Positions 52,706 through 64,000 of a stretch of 64,000 bases of DNA are shown here, piece after piece; positions within the stretch are counted from its first letter, which is position 1, and each line of letters begins with the position of its first letter. The notes under the pieces are model-generated. The model ran no database searches. It was not told the DNA's origin and was given only the letters and a program-made list of their open reading frames with translations. The DNA is from Paraspadella gotoi. Taxonomy: Eukaryota; Animalia; Chaetognatha. The stretch spans positions 5,045,878 to 5,109,877 of the forward strand of contig CM119268.1 of the NCBI GenBank assembly GCA_051294375.1. The letters are read 5' to 3'. The translations under genes and the position numbers were made by a program.

Positions 52706-55700
52706 ATGGATGTTACATCGGAAACCGAATTAAGAGATGATTCTAAAAAAACAGGACATGATCCCAACAAAGGTGTTTGTTTATTCAACAATTTTTAAAA
52801 CGGCAGTAAAAAAAAAAGTAAAACAAACATAAACATAAGTATAAACGAAGAGTAAACATAAAGAAACAAGATCGGTCCGTCCAATGTGTTGCGCCGTATG
52901 TATTTCCCTGTGTTCATATAACTACATGACATGATATGATTATCATAACTTTCTTCACCCGTGTATTTATGACAAGCAATGCATCGGAATTCCGTCTTTT
53001 ATTTTTTATAGTTTTAGGATTTTCTGAAGGCGGCGCTAAAGTCGCGTGAGATTTGAGGTTTTTTCCTGTCTTAACAAATGAGCAACCAACTATAAGCGAA
53101 TTATGAATTATGGCAGACCGAGGACAGATATACCGACCGACCGACAGACCGACCAAAAAGTGACTTATAGAGTTACTCCGGGAGTAAAACAGAAATAAAC
53201 ATTAAACATTAAACAATACTACTCAGAGAGTCGGGATAAACGAACAATCGCCACCGAAGTAGGAAACTCGTTCACAAACCACAGTTACGTTGGCACCGAA
53301 GGTAAGGGACGTCTTTGTCAAGGACAATAAATATTTAAAAACCACCTGAGCGGGATAATATACTTAAGATTTCTTTTTTTTAACAGGCGAGCATTGTCAC
53401 GCCATTCGAGAAACTTTGGCCAAAGAGTCTGAAAACGCCCGAGCGGCTCAATTCAAGCTGAGAATCGCTATTGGCCTTTGTCTCTTGTTTATGATTTCAG
53501 AAATCGTGGGTAAGATTAAAAGAAAAAGTATGGAATCATATGAAAAACATAGAAAAAAAATTGTCAAAATTTTGAAGTTGCTACCAAAACCTTCTTTCGG
53601 CAGCTGTAGTGCGGGTCCAAAGCCCCAACAGCCAAACCCGCCCAGCAATGGAACGGGTCCTGGGCTTGGAGCCAGGCTTGGCGGGTTTTCAAGACCCCGA
53701 AAGCGGCTCACGCCCATCTTTATGCTTCCCTTAGGGAATCGATCCCGGTACCTAAAGGTCATGAGCTGATGGCTTTTCCCAATGAGCCACCGGTTTACAA
53801 TTGAGAGCACACTTTCCATTTGTTCTCTACGTTTCCAGCCGCCGCCAAATAATATATATTACCAAGATATATTACCAAGATTTGATCATTTTTTAATGCT
53901 GAACTAAAATCAAATTAATCTTAAAAATTCAGGACTGAATTAAAAATACGTTAACAGTAATAGTTTAGGATAAATCCTTTAAAACTAAATCTGTTAGGTG
54001 GATTTTTGGCGGACAGCCTCTCGATTCTCTCGGACGCCGCTCATCTTTTCACTGATCTCATCGCTTTGGCCATTGGACTAATCTCGCTTCACTTGAAAAC
54101 GAGACCCGCGTCCAAACGGTTTTCTTTTGGCTGGTGAGATAAGTCTAAAAGTGTAGCTATTGAAGTAAGGAATTGTACTTATGAACATGATTGGATGAAT
54201 TAAATTGTTATAAATTTTGTAGTTAAAACCAACTTTTTTCTGGCTACTTAATTTTTTTTCCCTGATTTTATACGCAACATATTTTGAAACGTTTTACTTT
54301 ATCATGAAGTCAAAAAATAATAAAAATTAATATTTTGTGCTTTAATTAAGTTTTGTAAGTCAATAATTTTTTTAATCTTTTCCAATGAACAACTTTATGA
54401 CAGAAATGAGTGATATGAGTATCAAATATTCTCGACTCGTAATTATTTTGCGATTTTCCCTAAAGTGATTATTTTGTGATTTTCCCTAAAGTGATTATTT
54501 TGTGATTTTCCCTAAAGGTATCGCGCTGAAATCCTCGGCTCATTGCTCTCAATCGCTCTCATATGGCTCATCACTGGAATCTTGGTTTATGTCGCTGGAC
54601 TAAGAATATACAACCAAGATTACGATGTGGATGGAGAAATTATGTTAATAACGGGTATCAAACATAAAAACTAATGGGAGACTTGATAACTTGATTGACA
54701 ATAAAAAAAATATAAATACCTTATTTCGTAAAATATATTTATTATTAAAACTGAATGTTTACCAACGGCGTGAAGAGACAAATATGCGAGAAATATGGGA
54801 GAAATATGCGAGACTTGTTTGGCAATGAATGTATTTATTATTAAAACTGAATATTTACCAACGGAGATGAAAGAGATGAAAGAGGGAGTTAAAAAAATAT
54901 AGAATACAGATGTACATTCGTAGTCAATTTAGTCATATAGTCATTATACAGTCATTATACACTGTACATTATACAATATACAGCCTCCTTAGCGCCTCTA
55001 GGTTAAAACTACTTTTAAATTGTTTCCGTCAGCTGCCTTCGGCGTTGCCTTCAATCTTGTGATCGGCATCGTCCTCAGCGGATCGGACATCGGGCATTTG
55101 CATTCACACGGTGGAGGGGGAAGTCATTCTCACGGACGCGACGACGAAATACATTTGACGGTGAAAAACCTTCAAATTGAAGAGACTGTAATAATTGTTA
55201 TGTGTTAGTGACAGAACCGTTCAATAAAGGCAGTCCCTGAGCTTCGGATCAGGATGTAACACCGTCTTACAGGCGTTTCGTTTGTTTCTCGGTCACGTTG
55301 CGTTGTGAATCGAGTTTTTAATAATAATGTATTGGCTGAAAATCTTTATACCGTGATTCTTGCCGCCTGGTTGTTAAACGCATGTAAACGGTGGTACAGC
55401 CTGATCGCAACCTCGGGGACTGTATCATTGTAAAATAAACTTCTTTATAGAATTACCTTTTTTTCAATTCGATCGTTTGATATTAAAATAACGTTTTTTT
55501 TTTGTCAGGATAACAAACATAGTAACTACGGAACCGGAGGTTCGTCCCGTAATTCTCACTCTCACGCGAAAAACGAAAACATCAACGTCCGCGCGGCTTT
55601 TATTCACATCGTCGGTGATCTGTGCCAAAGTCTCGGCGTTTTGATCGCCGGTCGGTTAATGGTTAATGGTTAATGGTTAACGGTTAATGGTTAACGGTTA

Positions 55701-56655
55701 ATGTGGTCTTTAAAAATTAGGTTGAGCTCGTTGACATTACGAAAAGCGTTTATTTCTCTTTCAGCTTACATCATATATTACTACCCCGAATACGCAATGG
55801 CGGATCCCATCTGTACTTTCATATTTAGCGTCATCGTACTTATTACAACTTACAGGTATTATAATTAATCGGTTCGACGGATTATTAGTAATTTTCCTTT
55901 CACTACGTAATAGCTTTGCTCAATTTTCGTTTCACCGATTCTCTCCTTTTCTTTTCCTCAAGAATTTCCAGAGACTTGCTAAACGTATTGATGGAAGGAG
56001 CTCCGCGTCACATCAACTATTCACTCGTCAAAGCCGCGATACTCACAGTTAACGGTGAGGGGGGAAAAAGTAGGATTTTAACAAAATTGTCACGATAACC
56101 TTTTTGTTGTTGTTGTTCTTGCTCACTCCAGGAGTGAAACGGGCTCACAATCTTCGAATCTGGTCTCTCTCCCTCGACACTCCGGCCGTCTCTGTCCACT
56201 TGGCCGTGGAGACGAGCGACTGCAGGAAGGTCCTCCAAGCGGTGAGAAGAGTCGAAGGGGTGCCGAACTGTAGAATCGCTGCTAAAAACAATCTCATGGG
56301 TCGTTTTATTCTTATTTTTTTTGGTTCCTGCTATTTTCTTTTCATCAATGCTATTACTTTATTTATAATATTAAACAAAGTTTCAATATTTAATTCATTT
56401 AATTTTTTGAATATTAATTATTGATTATTAATATTATTTATGAAAAATTGCAATATTACTTGTTTTACTAAATTAAAATAAATGTAAATATTTAATAAAT
56501 TTCAGTATGTATTAGATTTAATTATATTATATTAAAATAAGGTGACGCGTATTCTCAACGAAGACTTTCAAATCTACGAAACGACTGTTCAGATTGAGGA
56601 TTACTCCGCTGCGATGGAAGATTGTGAAGATTGTGAAGATCCCAAGGGGAAATAA
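52706..56655 (+). CDS. SLC30A2: Zinc transporter, cation diffusion facilitator family, ZnT2/3/8-like (SLC30A2-like)
   Basis: Coding exons 52706-52772, 53227-53301, 53387-53509, 53998-54133, 54518-54654, 55033-55160, 55509-55650, 55765-55855, 55963-56054, 56132-56241 and 56542-56655, all phase-consistent. Motifs: N-terminal HCH, SDAAHLFTD (TM2 HxxxD), FSFGWYRAEILG, His-rich loop HLHSHGGGGSHSH, NINVRAAFIHIVGD (TM5 HxxxD), ADPICTFIFS, LMEGAP, HNLRIWSLS, TTVQIE and C-terminal CxxC. The first two exons are less certain. Confidence 0.95.
53595..53792 (-). mobile_element. tRNA-derived SINE-like element with structured body in ZnT intron
   Basis: The minus strand begins GGTGGCTCATTGGGAAAAGC...GGTACCGGGATCGATTCCC (A-box-like and B-box-like motifs at tRNA spacing) and is followed by GC-rich nested hairpins. 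Confidence 0.5.
55231..55422. mobile_element. MITE (Tc1/mariner-like) in ZnT intron
   Basis: Imperfect terminal inverted repeats of about 47 bp: CAGTCCCTGAGCTTCGGATCAGGATGTAACACCGTCTTACAGGCGTTT versus the reverse complement of AAACGCATGTAAACGGTGGTACAGCCTGATCGCAACCTCGGGGACTG. Ends are CAGT/ACTG with TA on the right flank only. Confidence 0.7.
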
Positions 56656-57327
56656 ACATTTGTACATACTTTATGTAAATATATGAATACAGATTGTTTA
56701 TTAAATAACTCTCTTGGTGTTTTTTAATGAAGATTAACTAAAGCTACTTGTACTTGTAGAGATAAATTTTTGATAAGGAAAGAATGAGAGAAAGAAAAAA
56801 AAGCGATAACGAAAGATTGAAAGAATTAATAAAGATGGAGAAGAGGAGAAATTGTTTAAAGTATGTGTTTAGAGTTTTTTTTACTCTTAAGCATTTATAT
56901 AAAATATATATATATATAAGAAAGACCGAGGGATAAGAAGACTAACTGACCGACCTAAAAGTCGCTTATAGGCCGCTATCACTCGCGGCGCAACTAAAAA
57001 TACACCTGAGACGTCGAGAGTTCATGGACGTTCTGTTAAATTTAATTTACTTTCTTTAATTAATAATCAATAAATATTAATAATTACGTTAAAAAATTGA
57101 AAACGGCGTAAATATAACTAGCGAAATAAAAATGGCGAATAATTCGACTCAAATTTGTTTTTATCTTTCATTTTTTATTTATTTTATTCGATTTTTTTTT
57201 TTATTTCCCTTCATTAGGACAAAAAGGAAATAATTAAAACAAAAAGAGGGAACGGACTGGAAAACCGGTGCTCATTGAAATTCTCGACCGTTCATCCCTT
57301 TCTATTCTTCCCTTGGTCGCGGTCGCG

Positions 57328-57360
<33 letters not shown>

Positions 57361-57440
57361 CTCTCTGCCTCTTCTCTCTCTCTCTTCTCTCTCTTTCGTG
57401 ACGTCTCTCTCTCTCTCACTCTCTCCTCTCTCTCTCTCTT

Positions 57441-57702
57441 TCTCTCTCTTCCTCAGCTTTATGCTTTGCTTTTATTTTTGTTTTAAATCTTTTTTGCTTC
57501 AGAATTTCATTTCTTTTCTATTTTATTTATTATCCTTTTCCTCTATTTTCTTTTCTTTATCTTTCTTTTTTCGGTCCATATCTGATTGTCTATGATATAT
57601 CCCATCGCCTCTTTCTGCTACGCTTTTCCCTCTCTTCATTTGTTCATCAAACATTTACTTTCTCTATCTCTCTCTCTCGCTCTCCTCCCTTCTCCTCCAC
57701 CC

Positions 57703-57738
<36 letters not shown>

Positions 57739-57845
57739 TCTCTCTCTCCTCTCTCTCCTCTCTCTCTCTCCGCCTCTCCCTCCCTCTTCCGTCCCCCAAC
57801 TTCTTTTCTATTTCTTTCTCTCTCTTTCTTCTCTCTCTCTCCTGC

Positions 57846-57877
<32 letters not shown>

Positions 57878-59172
57878 GATGCTCTCTCCATTCCTTCTCT
57901 CTCCAATTTTTTTTGTTCTTTCGCATATGAATGGGCCCTGTGCGTTTTTTCTGGCAGGAAAACCAAGCAATATTTTTTTGGCACCTGAGGCTTGTGGAAA
58001 GCATCTGCCTCAACAACTCTTCTCTCTCTCTCTTCTCTCTCTCGTCTTCTCTCTCTCTTCTCTCTCTCTCTCTCTCTCTCGTCCATTCTCTCTCTCTATC
58101 CTCACGAGAGAGAGGAGTGAAATTAAAAAAAAAGTGACCACAAATTTGTTAGAAGAGGAAGCTTGAGAAAAATTGTAACTTGTAAAGGCAGACGCATTTA
58201 AAAACCCTAACTCGACGCGATTTGGACATAAAAAGAATTACAAAAAATAACAAAAAAACATTAAATTACAAATATAATGAATAATTATCACAGAAATATA
58301 CTTCTGGTCGATAATAACCAAGCGATGACCATAAAAAATATATATTCTAGTGTTTTTTATCTATCAATCTATCTATCTATCTATCTAATCTATCTATCTA
58401 TCTATCTAATCTATCTTATCTATCTACTATCTATCTATCTAATCTCACTATCCTATCTATCTATTCTATCAACAAGCTATCGATCTATTCAAAATATTTA
58501 TCTGTCGATCAGTCCTTGGTCTTCACTTTTCGTTGACATTGCGTATAACCTTTTAGTGAGTATTGTTAAAAACTTTAAAAGAGTTTGTTTTCTCGACATA
58601 TGCTTAAAGTTTAATTTACCACGACAACGACGATGGAAATGACGACAACTACAACGACCAACAACAACAAGCAAAAATGACGATCGACGACGACAAGCGT
58701 CACTGAAAGCCCGTGACGCCGTTTCGTCTATTTGATTTTATCGGAGCGCTTAAGATTGCAATCACTTCAATACGAGAGAGGGAGAGAGAGAGAGGAGAAG
58801 ATGGGAGCAGAGAGAGAGAAGAGAGAAAGACGAGGAGAGAGAGACGATAGAGCAGAGAGAGAGAGAGGAGAGGAGAAGAACGAGAGAATNNNNNNNNNNN
58901 NNNNNNNNNNNNNNCTCTCTCTCCTCAGCTTTATGCTTTGCTTTTATTTTTGTTTAAATCTTTTTTTGCTTTCAGAATTCATTTCTTTTCTATTTATTTA
59001 TATCCTTTTCCTCTATTTTCTTTTCTTTATCTTTCTTTTTTCGGTCCATATCTGATTGTCTATGATATATCCCATCGCCTCTTTCTGCTACGCTTTTCCC
59101 TCTCTTCATTTGTTCATCAAACATTTACTTTCTCTATCTCTCTCTCTCGCTCTCCTCCCTTCTCCTCCACCC

Positions 59173-59208
<36 letters not shown>

Positions 59209-59315
59209 TCTCTCTCTCCTCTCTCTCCTCTCTCTCTCTCCGCCTCTCCCTCCCTCTTCCGTCCCCCAACTTCTTTTCTATTTCTTTCTCTCTCTTTCTT
59301 CTCTCTCTCTCCTGC

Positions 59316-59347
<32 letters not shown>

Positions 59348-59832
59348 GATGCTCTCTCCATTCCTTCTCTCTCCAATTTTTTTTGTTCTTTCGCATATGA
59401 ATGGGCCCTGTGCGTTTTTTCTGGCAGGAAAACCAAGCAATATTTTTTTGGCACCTGAGGCTTGTGGAAAGCATCTGCCTCAACAACTCTTCTCTCTCTC
59501 TCTTCTCTCTCTCGTCTTCTCTCTCTCTTCTCTCTCTCTCTCTCTCTCTCGTCCATTCTCTCTCTCTATCCTCACGAGAGAGAGGGAGTGAAATTAAAAA
59601 AAAGTGACCACCCAAATATTGTTAGAAGAAGGACAGCTGAGAAAAATTGTACTGTAAAAGGCAGACGCATTAAAAACCTAACCGACGCGATGTGGACATA
59701 AAAAGAATTACAAAAAATAACAAAAAAACATTAAATTACAAATATAATGATAATATACAGAAATATACTACTGTCGATAATAACCAAGCGATGACCATAA
59801 AAAATATATATTCTATTGTTTTTTATCTATCA

Positions 59833-59927
<95 letters not shown>

Positions 59928-60226
59928 CAACAAGCTATCGATCTATCAAAATATTTATCTGTCGATCAGTCCTTTGGTCTCACTGTCCGTTGACATTGCG
60001 TATAACTTTAAGTGAGTATTGTTTAAACTTTAAAGAGTTTGTTTTCTCGACATATGCTTAAATGTTTAATTTACCTACGACAACGACGATGGGAATGACG
60101 ACAACTACAACGACAACAACAACAAGCAAAATGACGATGACGACGACAACGTCAACTGAAGCCCGTGACGCCGTTTCGTCTATTTGATTTTATCGGAGGC
60201 TTAAGATTGCTCACTCAATTACGAGA

Positions 60227-60240
<14 letters not shown>
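57441..60240. repeat. Duplication of about 1.3 kb across the gap at 58890-58914, likely assembly artefact
   Basis: 57441-58780 is repeated at 58915-60240; the ORF track shows identical peptides in both copies. Confidence 0.85.
59826..59926. repeat. (CTAT)n microsatellite
   Basis: Near-perfect tetranucleotide run; a noisy copy lies at 58357-58468. Confidence 0.95.
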
Positions 60241-60301
<61 letters not shown>

Positions 60302-61395
60302 GAACGTAAAACCTAAATGAAGGTAGCAAACCGATTCCGAAATAGTCGTGAGTAGAAAGAAAATAAAAGAGAAAGAGGAAAGAATGATAAAAATAAAGGA
60401 AAGATAGAGACAAAGAAGAGAGAAATAAAAAAAAGTAAAAAAAAAGAAAATGAAAAGATAGAAACAAAAAAAAAGAAAATGAAAGCGAGAGATGGATTTA
60501 AAAATTTGAAAGGAAGGAAAAAAAAAACAGAAAAAATAGAAAGAGAAAATAGAAAAAAGAAAGAATGAAAAAGAGAAAGTATTATGAAAAGAAATATAGA
60601 AAGAAAGACACAATGATAAAAAGAAAAAGAGAAAGAAGAAAGAAAGAGAGAGAGTAAGAAAGAAAAAGAGAAAGAAAAAAAGAAAGAAAGAGGGAAGACC
60701 CGCCCCATCAAATGATCGACGCAAGGACGACCTATCAGGCGATAAATTCCTTGTCGATTTCTTTCTTTCTTTAATTCTCTCTCTCTCTCTCTCTCTCTTC
60801 TCTCATCTCTCCCTTTGTCTTTCTTCTTCCTTATCAATCGCCGCACAGTAGAATCTTCGTGTATGATTTTCTTTCTCCTCGGTCCTTTCGTTATGTACGC
60901 TGATGACCCGAGTCGTTATCTCTTTAGTCATCAGTTATCTCTCTTTTCCTGTCCCCGATTTCAAAAGTGTGCACATAATAATAAATACACAAAAAAAAAG
61001 AAAAAAAACAATCAACAACAAAAAAAAAAACGCAAGAAAAAAGACTAGAAAACAATTTGGTTTCGATTCTGAAATTGCTCTCTGCAAAAAGTCGTGAATT
61101 GAGGTCAAACGTCTGAACGAAAAAGTTTTTTAGTCGTGTGAAACAACGCTTTTTTTCGGTCAGTCTGTCAGTCAGTTAGAGGGTATAGAGTGGAGGGTAA
61201 GGGAAGGAAAGGGCAGTCATAGGATTTTTATTTATTTGTAAATGAAGGGAAAAAATAGAATAAAATATTATGAAATGAAAAATAAGACAATTGAAAAATG
61301 AAAATAAATAAAATGAAACTAAGTCGAATCCGTTAAAAATAGAATTTGTCAAGACAATGCACCTTGGGACATTAGGCCGGAACAGGTTGAAAACT

Positions 61396-61700
61396 AGAAG
61401 TTCTCTCAAATAGATAATGGTAAAGTGACTGTTAGAGAATATAAAAATAAAAATAATTTTAAAATTTATCTTATAGATAAGCTCACGGAAGCATTTAAAA
61501 ATTATTTTATTACTATATAAAGTTTAACATTTTTTTAAAAAATTTCATTTTATTTTAGAAGTTCTCTCAAATAGATAATAGTAAAGTGACTGTTAGAGAA
61601 TATAAAAATAAAAATAGTTTTAAAATTTATCTTATAGATAAGCGCACGGAAGCATTTAAAAATTATTTTATTATTATATAAAGTTTAAAATTTTGTTAAA
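61396..61700. repeat. Tandem direct repeat of about 160 bp, 2 copies
   Basis: TAGAAGTTCTCTCAAATAGATAAT...ATATAAAGTTTAA at 61396 and again at 61556. Confidence 0.9.
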
Positions 61701-64000
61701 ATTTTTTTTAATTTTTAACAAATTCTGATAAAGCTTCACAAGTTAGATAAAGGTTATTATTACAATTTTTAATTTTTTTTTATTTTATTGATAACAATTT
61801 TAAAAAAACCATAATATTCAACCTATGATGATGATGGTAATGATTTGTTAAGGTTTTTTTAATTTTTAATCAATTTATAGTACTAACCTTTATTTAACTT
61901 TTCAAGCTTTGTAAGAATCCGTTCTTAAAAAAAAATTATGTCATTTGTTATATTGTATTATTTTATATTAATAAATATTTAAAAGCTTCAGTGCAACAAC
62001 CCAATGAACTAATTCAAAAAGTTTCATTGAAAATCGATTGAGTAGTAGAAGGAAAAATTTTTTTTGGAGAAAACTAAAAGTTATAAAAGCTGTTCAATTT
62101 TGGCCCGCCTTATTGGGACATAATTGACTCATAATTGGAACATAATTGGCCATTGGGCCATTTTCTCCGACTTTGAAGCAATTGGTGATTCGTTTGTTCA
62201 ACTCTGCGTGAAAGCCACAATCCAATCTCGTTGTAAGAAACAGAAATTCATCTTTTGTTTGTATATAATTTAATTTAATTAAATTTTTTTCCTTACATTT
62301 ATTTGCCCTGGTTGAGGAAATGAGGCACCCGATCCTCTTGCGCTTTGTATCATTGTCAACGGGCTGCAGGCTGCAGGCGATAGGCTGCAGGCTTCACTGG
62401 CTGCACCTCTTATACCCTCGGAGCATTCGATTTGATAAGGCCATGTTTTCCAAATGCTTGGGGTTCTCAATGGACGGCGGTTTAGGGTTAAGGATTTGGG
62501 GGTTAAGCGTTAGTGGTTAGGGGTTTAGGCCCGTTAGGCTTCAAAGGTTTGGTTATAGAATAGGTTATGAAACAAGATAAATAATTACATTACATATAGA
62601 ATTCGATATAAACTAGTTATTAATTTTTGAAAAAAAGGGATTGGGGTTAAGGCTAAGGTTTAACCATTAGGGTTATTGGTTAGGGTTATTTGTTAGAAAT
62701 ATTGGTTAGGGTTATTGGTTACGGTTAATGGTTAGGTATAGGAATTAGGAATAAGTAAGAAATACAATTTTGAAAGTTGAAGATAATCTTTTTAGGGTTT
62801 GGGATTAGAATTTAAATTCGGTTAGTAATGAGGATTAAGGATGAGGATTAGGTATAAGGATTATAATTATAATTATAATTATAAAATCTGCCAGGTATGA
62901 CATGACATGACATGAGGGAAAAATCGATTTCCGAGAAAAGAGACTTTCGTAGCAAACAATCAGGAGGCCATTAGCAGTGTGGGCGGAGAGAGTAGAGAGA
63001 GAGAGATTTTGATTTGCATTTGCATTTATTCTGCCTGGTGCAGTACGATGTTTGACAGAACATTGAAAACACACGATGTTATGCAATTCACGGGAGGATG
63101 TCGTGAACGTGTAGAGAGTCTTTCGTTACATGGAATATTTATGGCTACATACGAATTATGTAAAAAATATTAAGAACTTTTAATAACATCGATTAAAAAA
63201 TTTCACTTAAATTAAATAAAAACAACGGAAATGCGTAAATTAAAATAGAAAAATTTTTAATATATAGAGCATGAGAGGAGACGAGACGAGACGGAGACTG
63301 ATCGCGCAGATCAGCAGTGAGAGAGCAGGAGAGAGGAAGAGACGAGGAGAGAGAGGGAGATTATTATCCATGGGAGTAGGGAATTGGGCGAGAGAGCAGA
63401 CACGAGATAACGTCCCGAATATTATGACGATGTGAATGCAGGCGCGAGAGAATAGAGCACGAGAGAGAAAGGGAGGTGAGAGCAATAACCGCTGGTTGAG
63501 AAAGAAGATTAGATCAATGTGAGATATGGCGCGGTTAGATGTATGATGATGGTTAATGATCTGAGTGTGTATTGTGTCGATGATTGATTGCATTGATGAT
63601 CTGATGATGCATGATTGTGGCAAACAAAAAAAAATTGGTAATTGATGATTTTAATTTACGATGATTATGAGGATCTATTGACTCGTAAGAATTGATTGAT
63701 CGAAGATGATGATTGATGTTTGTTTATTCTGCATTGATGATCGGACCTCTGTGCATTTATGATATAGAATGAAGAAGTGATCGATAGCAGCATGTCATGT
63801 ATGAGTTGGAGTTTTCGAATAGATGTGTATCTGCAACATGACGAGATGATGATGACTCGACGGAAAAAAACGAAAAATTCGAACAAATGAGGGAACAACG
63901 AACGATGACGGCGACATTAACCATTCGACGGCTAGAAACTCGACGAAAACGTCGACGACGAGCGCATCGCACGACGACGCGCGCTAAGCTGCGCATGATG

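Noticed and set aside
63240-64000. Odd irregular low-complexity sequence
   Set aside because: It has the texture of an unpolished long read over microsatellites and no interpretable feature.

Overview
This is eukaryotic (invertebrate animal) genomic DNA. It has spliceosomal GT-AG introns, GC-rich exons in AT-rich introns, and very dense (GA/CT)n, (AAAG)n, (GAC)n and (CTAT)n microsatellites, which generate most of the ORF-track entries as artefacts. By manual splicing I reconstruct four genes. (1) A 5'-incomplete modular chitin-binding protein of about 1,340 aa (12 phase-consistent exons, 2037-20552, +), with five canonical and one degenerate peritrophin-A/CBM14 domains, Gly/Ser/Trp linkers, a 513-codon repeat exon and two C-terminal Cys-rich repeats. 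(2) A divergent C4orf33/UPF0462-like domain (21660-23084, +) that has no ATG in its first recognisable exon and may be fused to gene 1. (3) An orphan acidic, Ala/Asn/Glu-repeat, coiled-coil protein (41190 onward, +), present twice across a gap. (4) A complete 11-coding-exon ZnT2/3/8-type SLC30 zinc transporter (52706-56655, +). Also present are a frameshifted Ty3/Gypsy pol fragment (36541-39045, -), a 3' tRNA-Lys(CTT) fragment with encoded CCA, tRNA-derived SINE-like elements, a Tc1/mariner-type MITE, Helentron/DINE-like repeats and several minisatellites. Five gaps of exactly 25 N are present; four are flanked by noisy kb-scale duplications that are probably assembly artefacts. All family assignments come from motif recognition, not from database searches.
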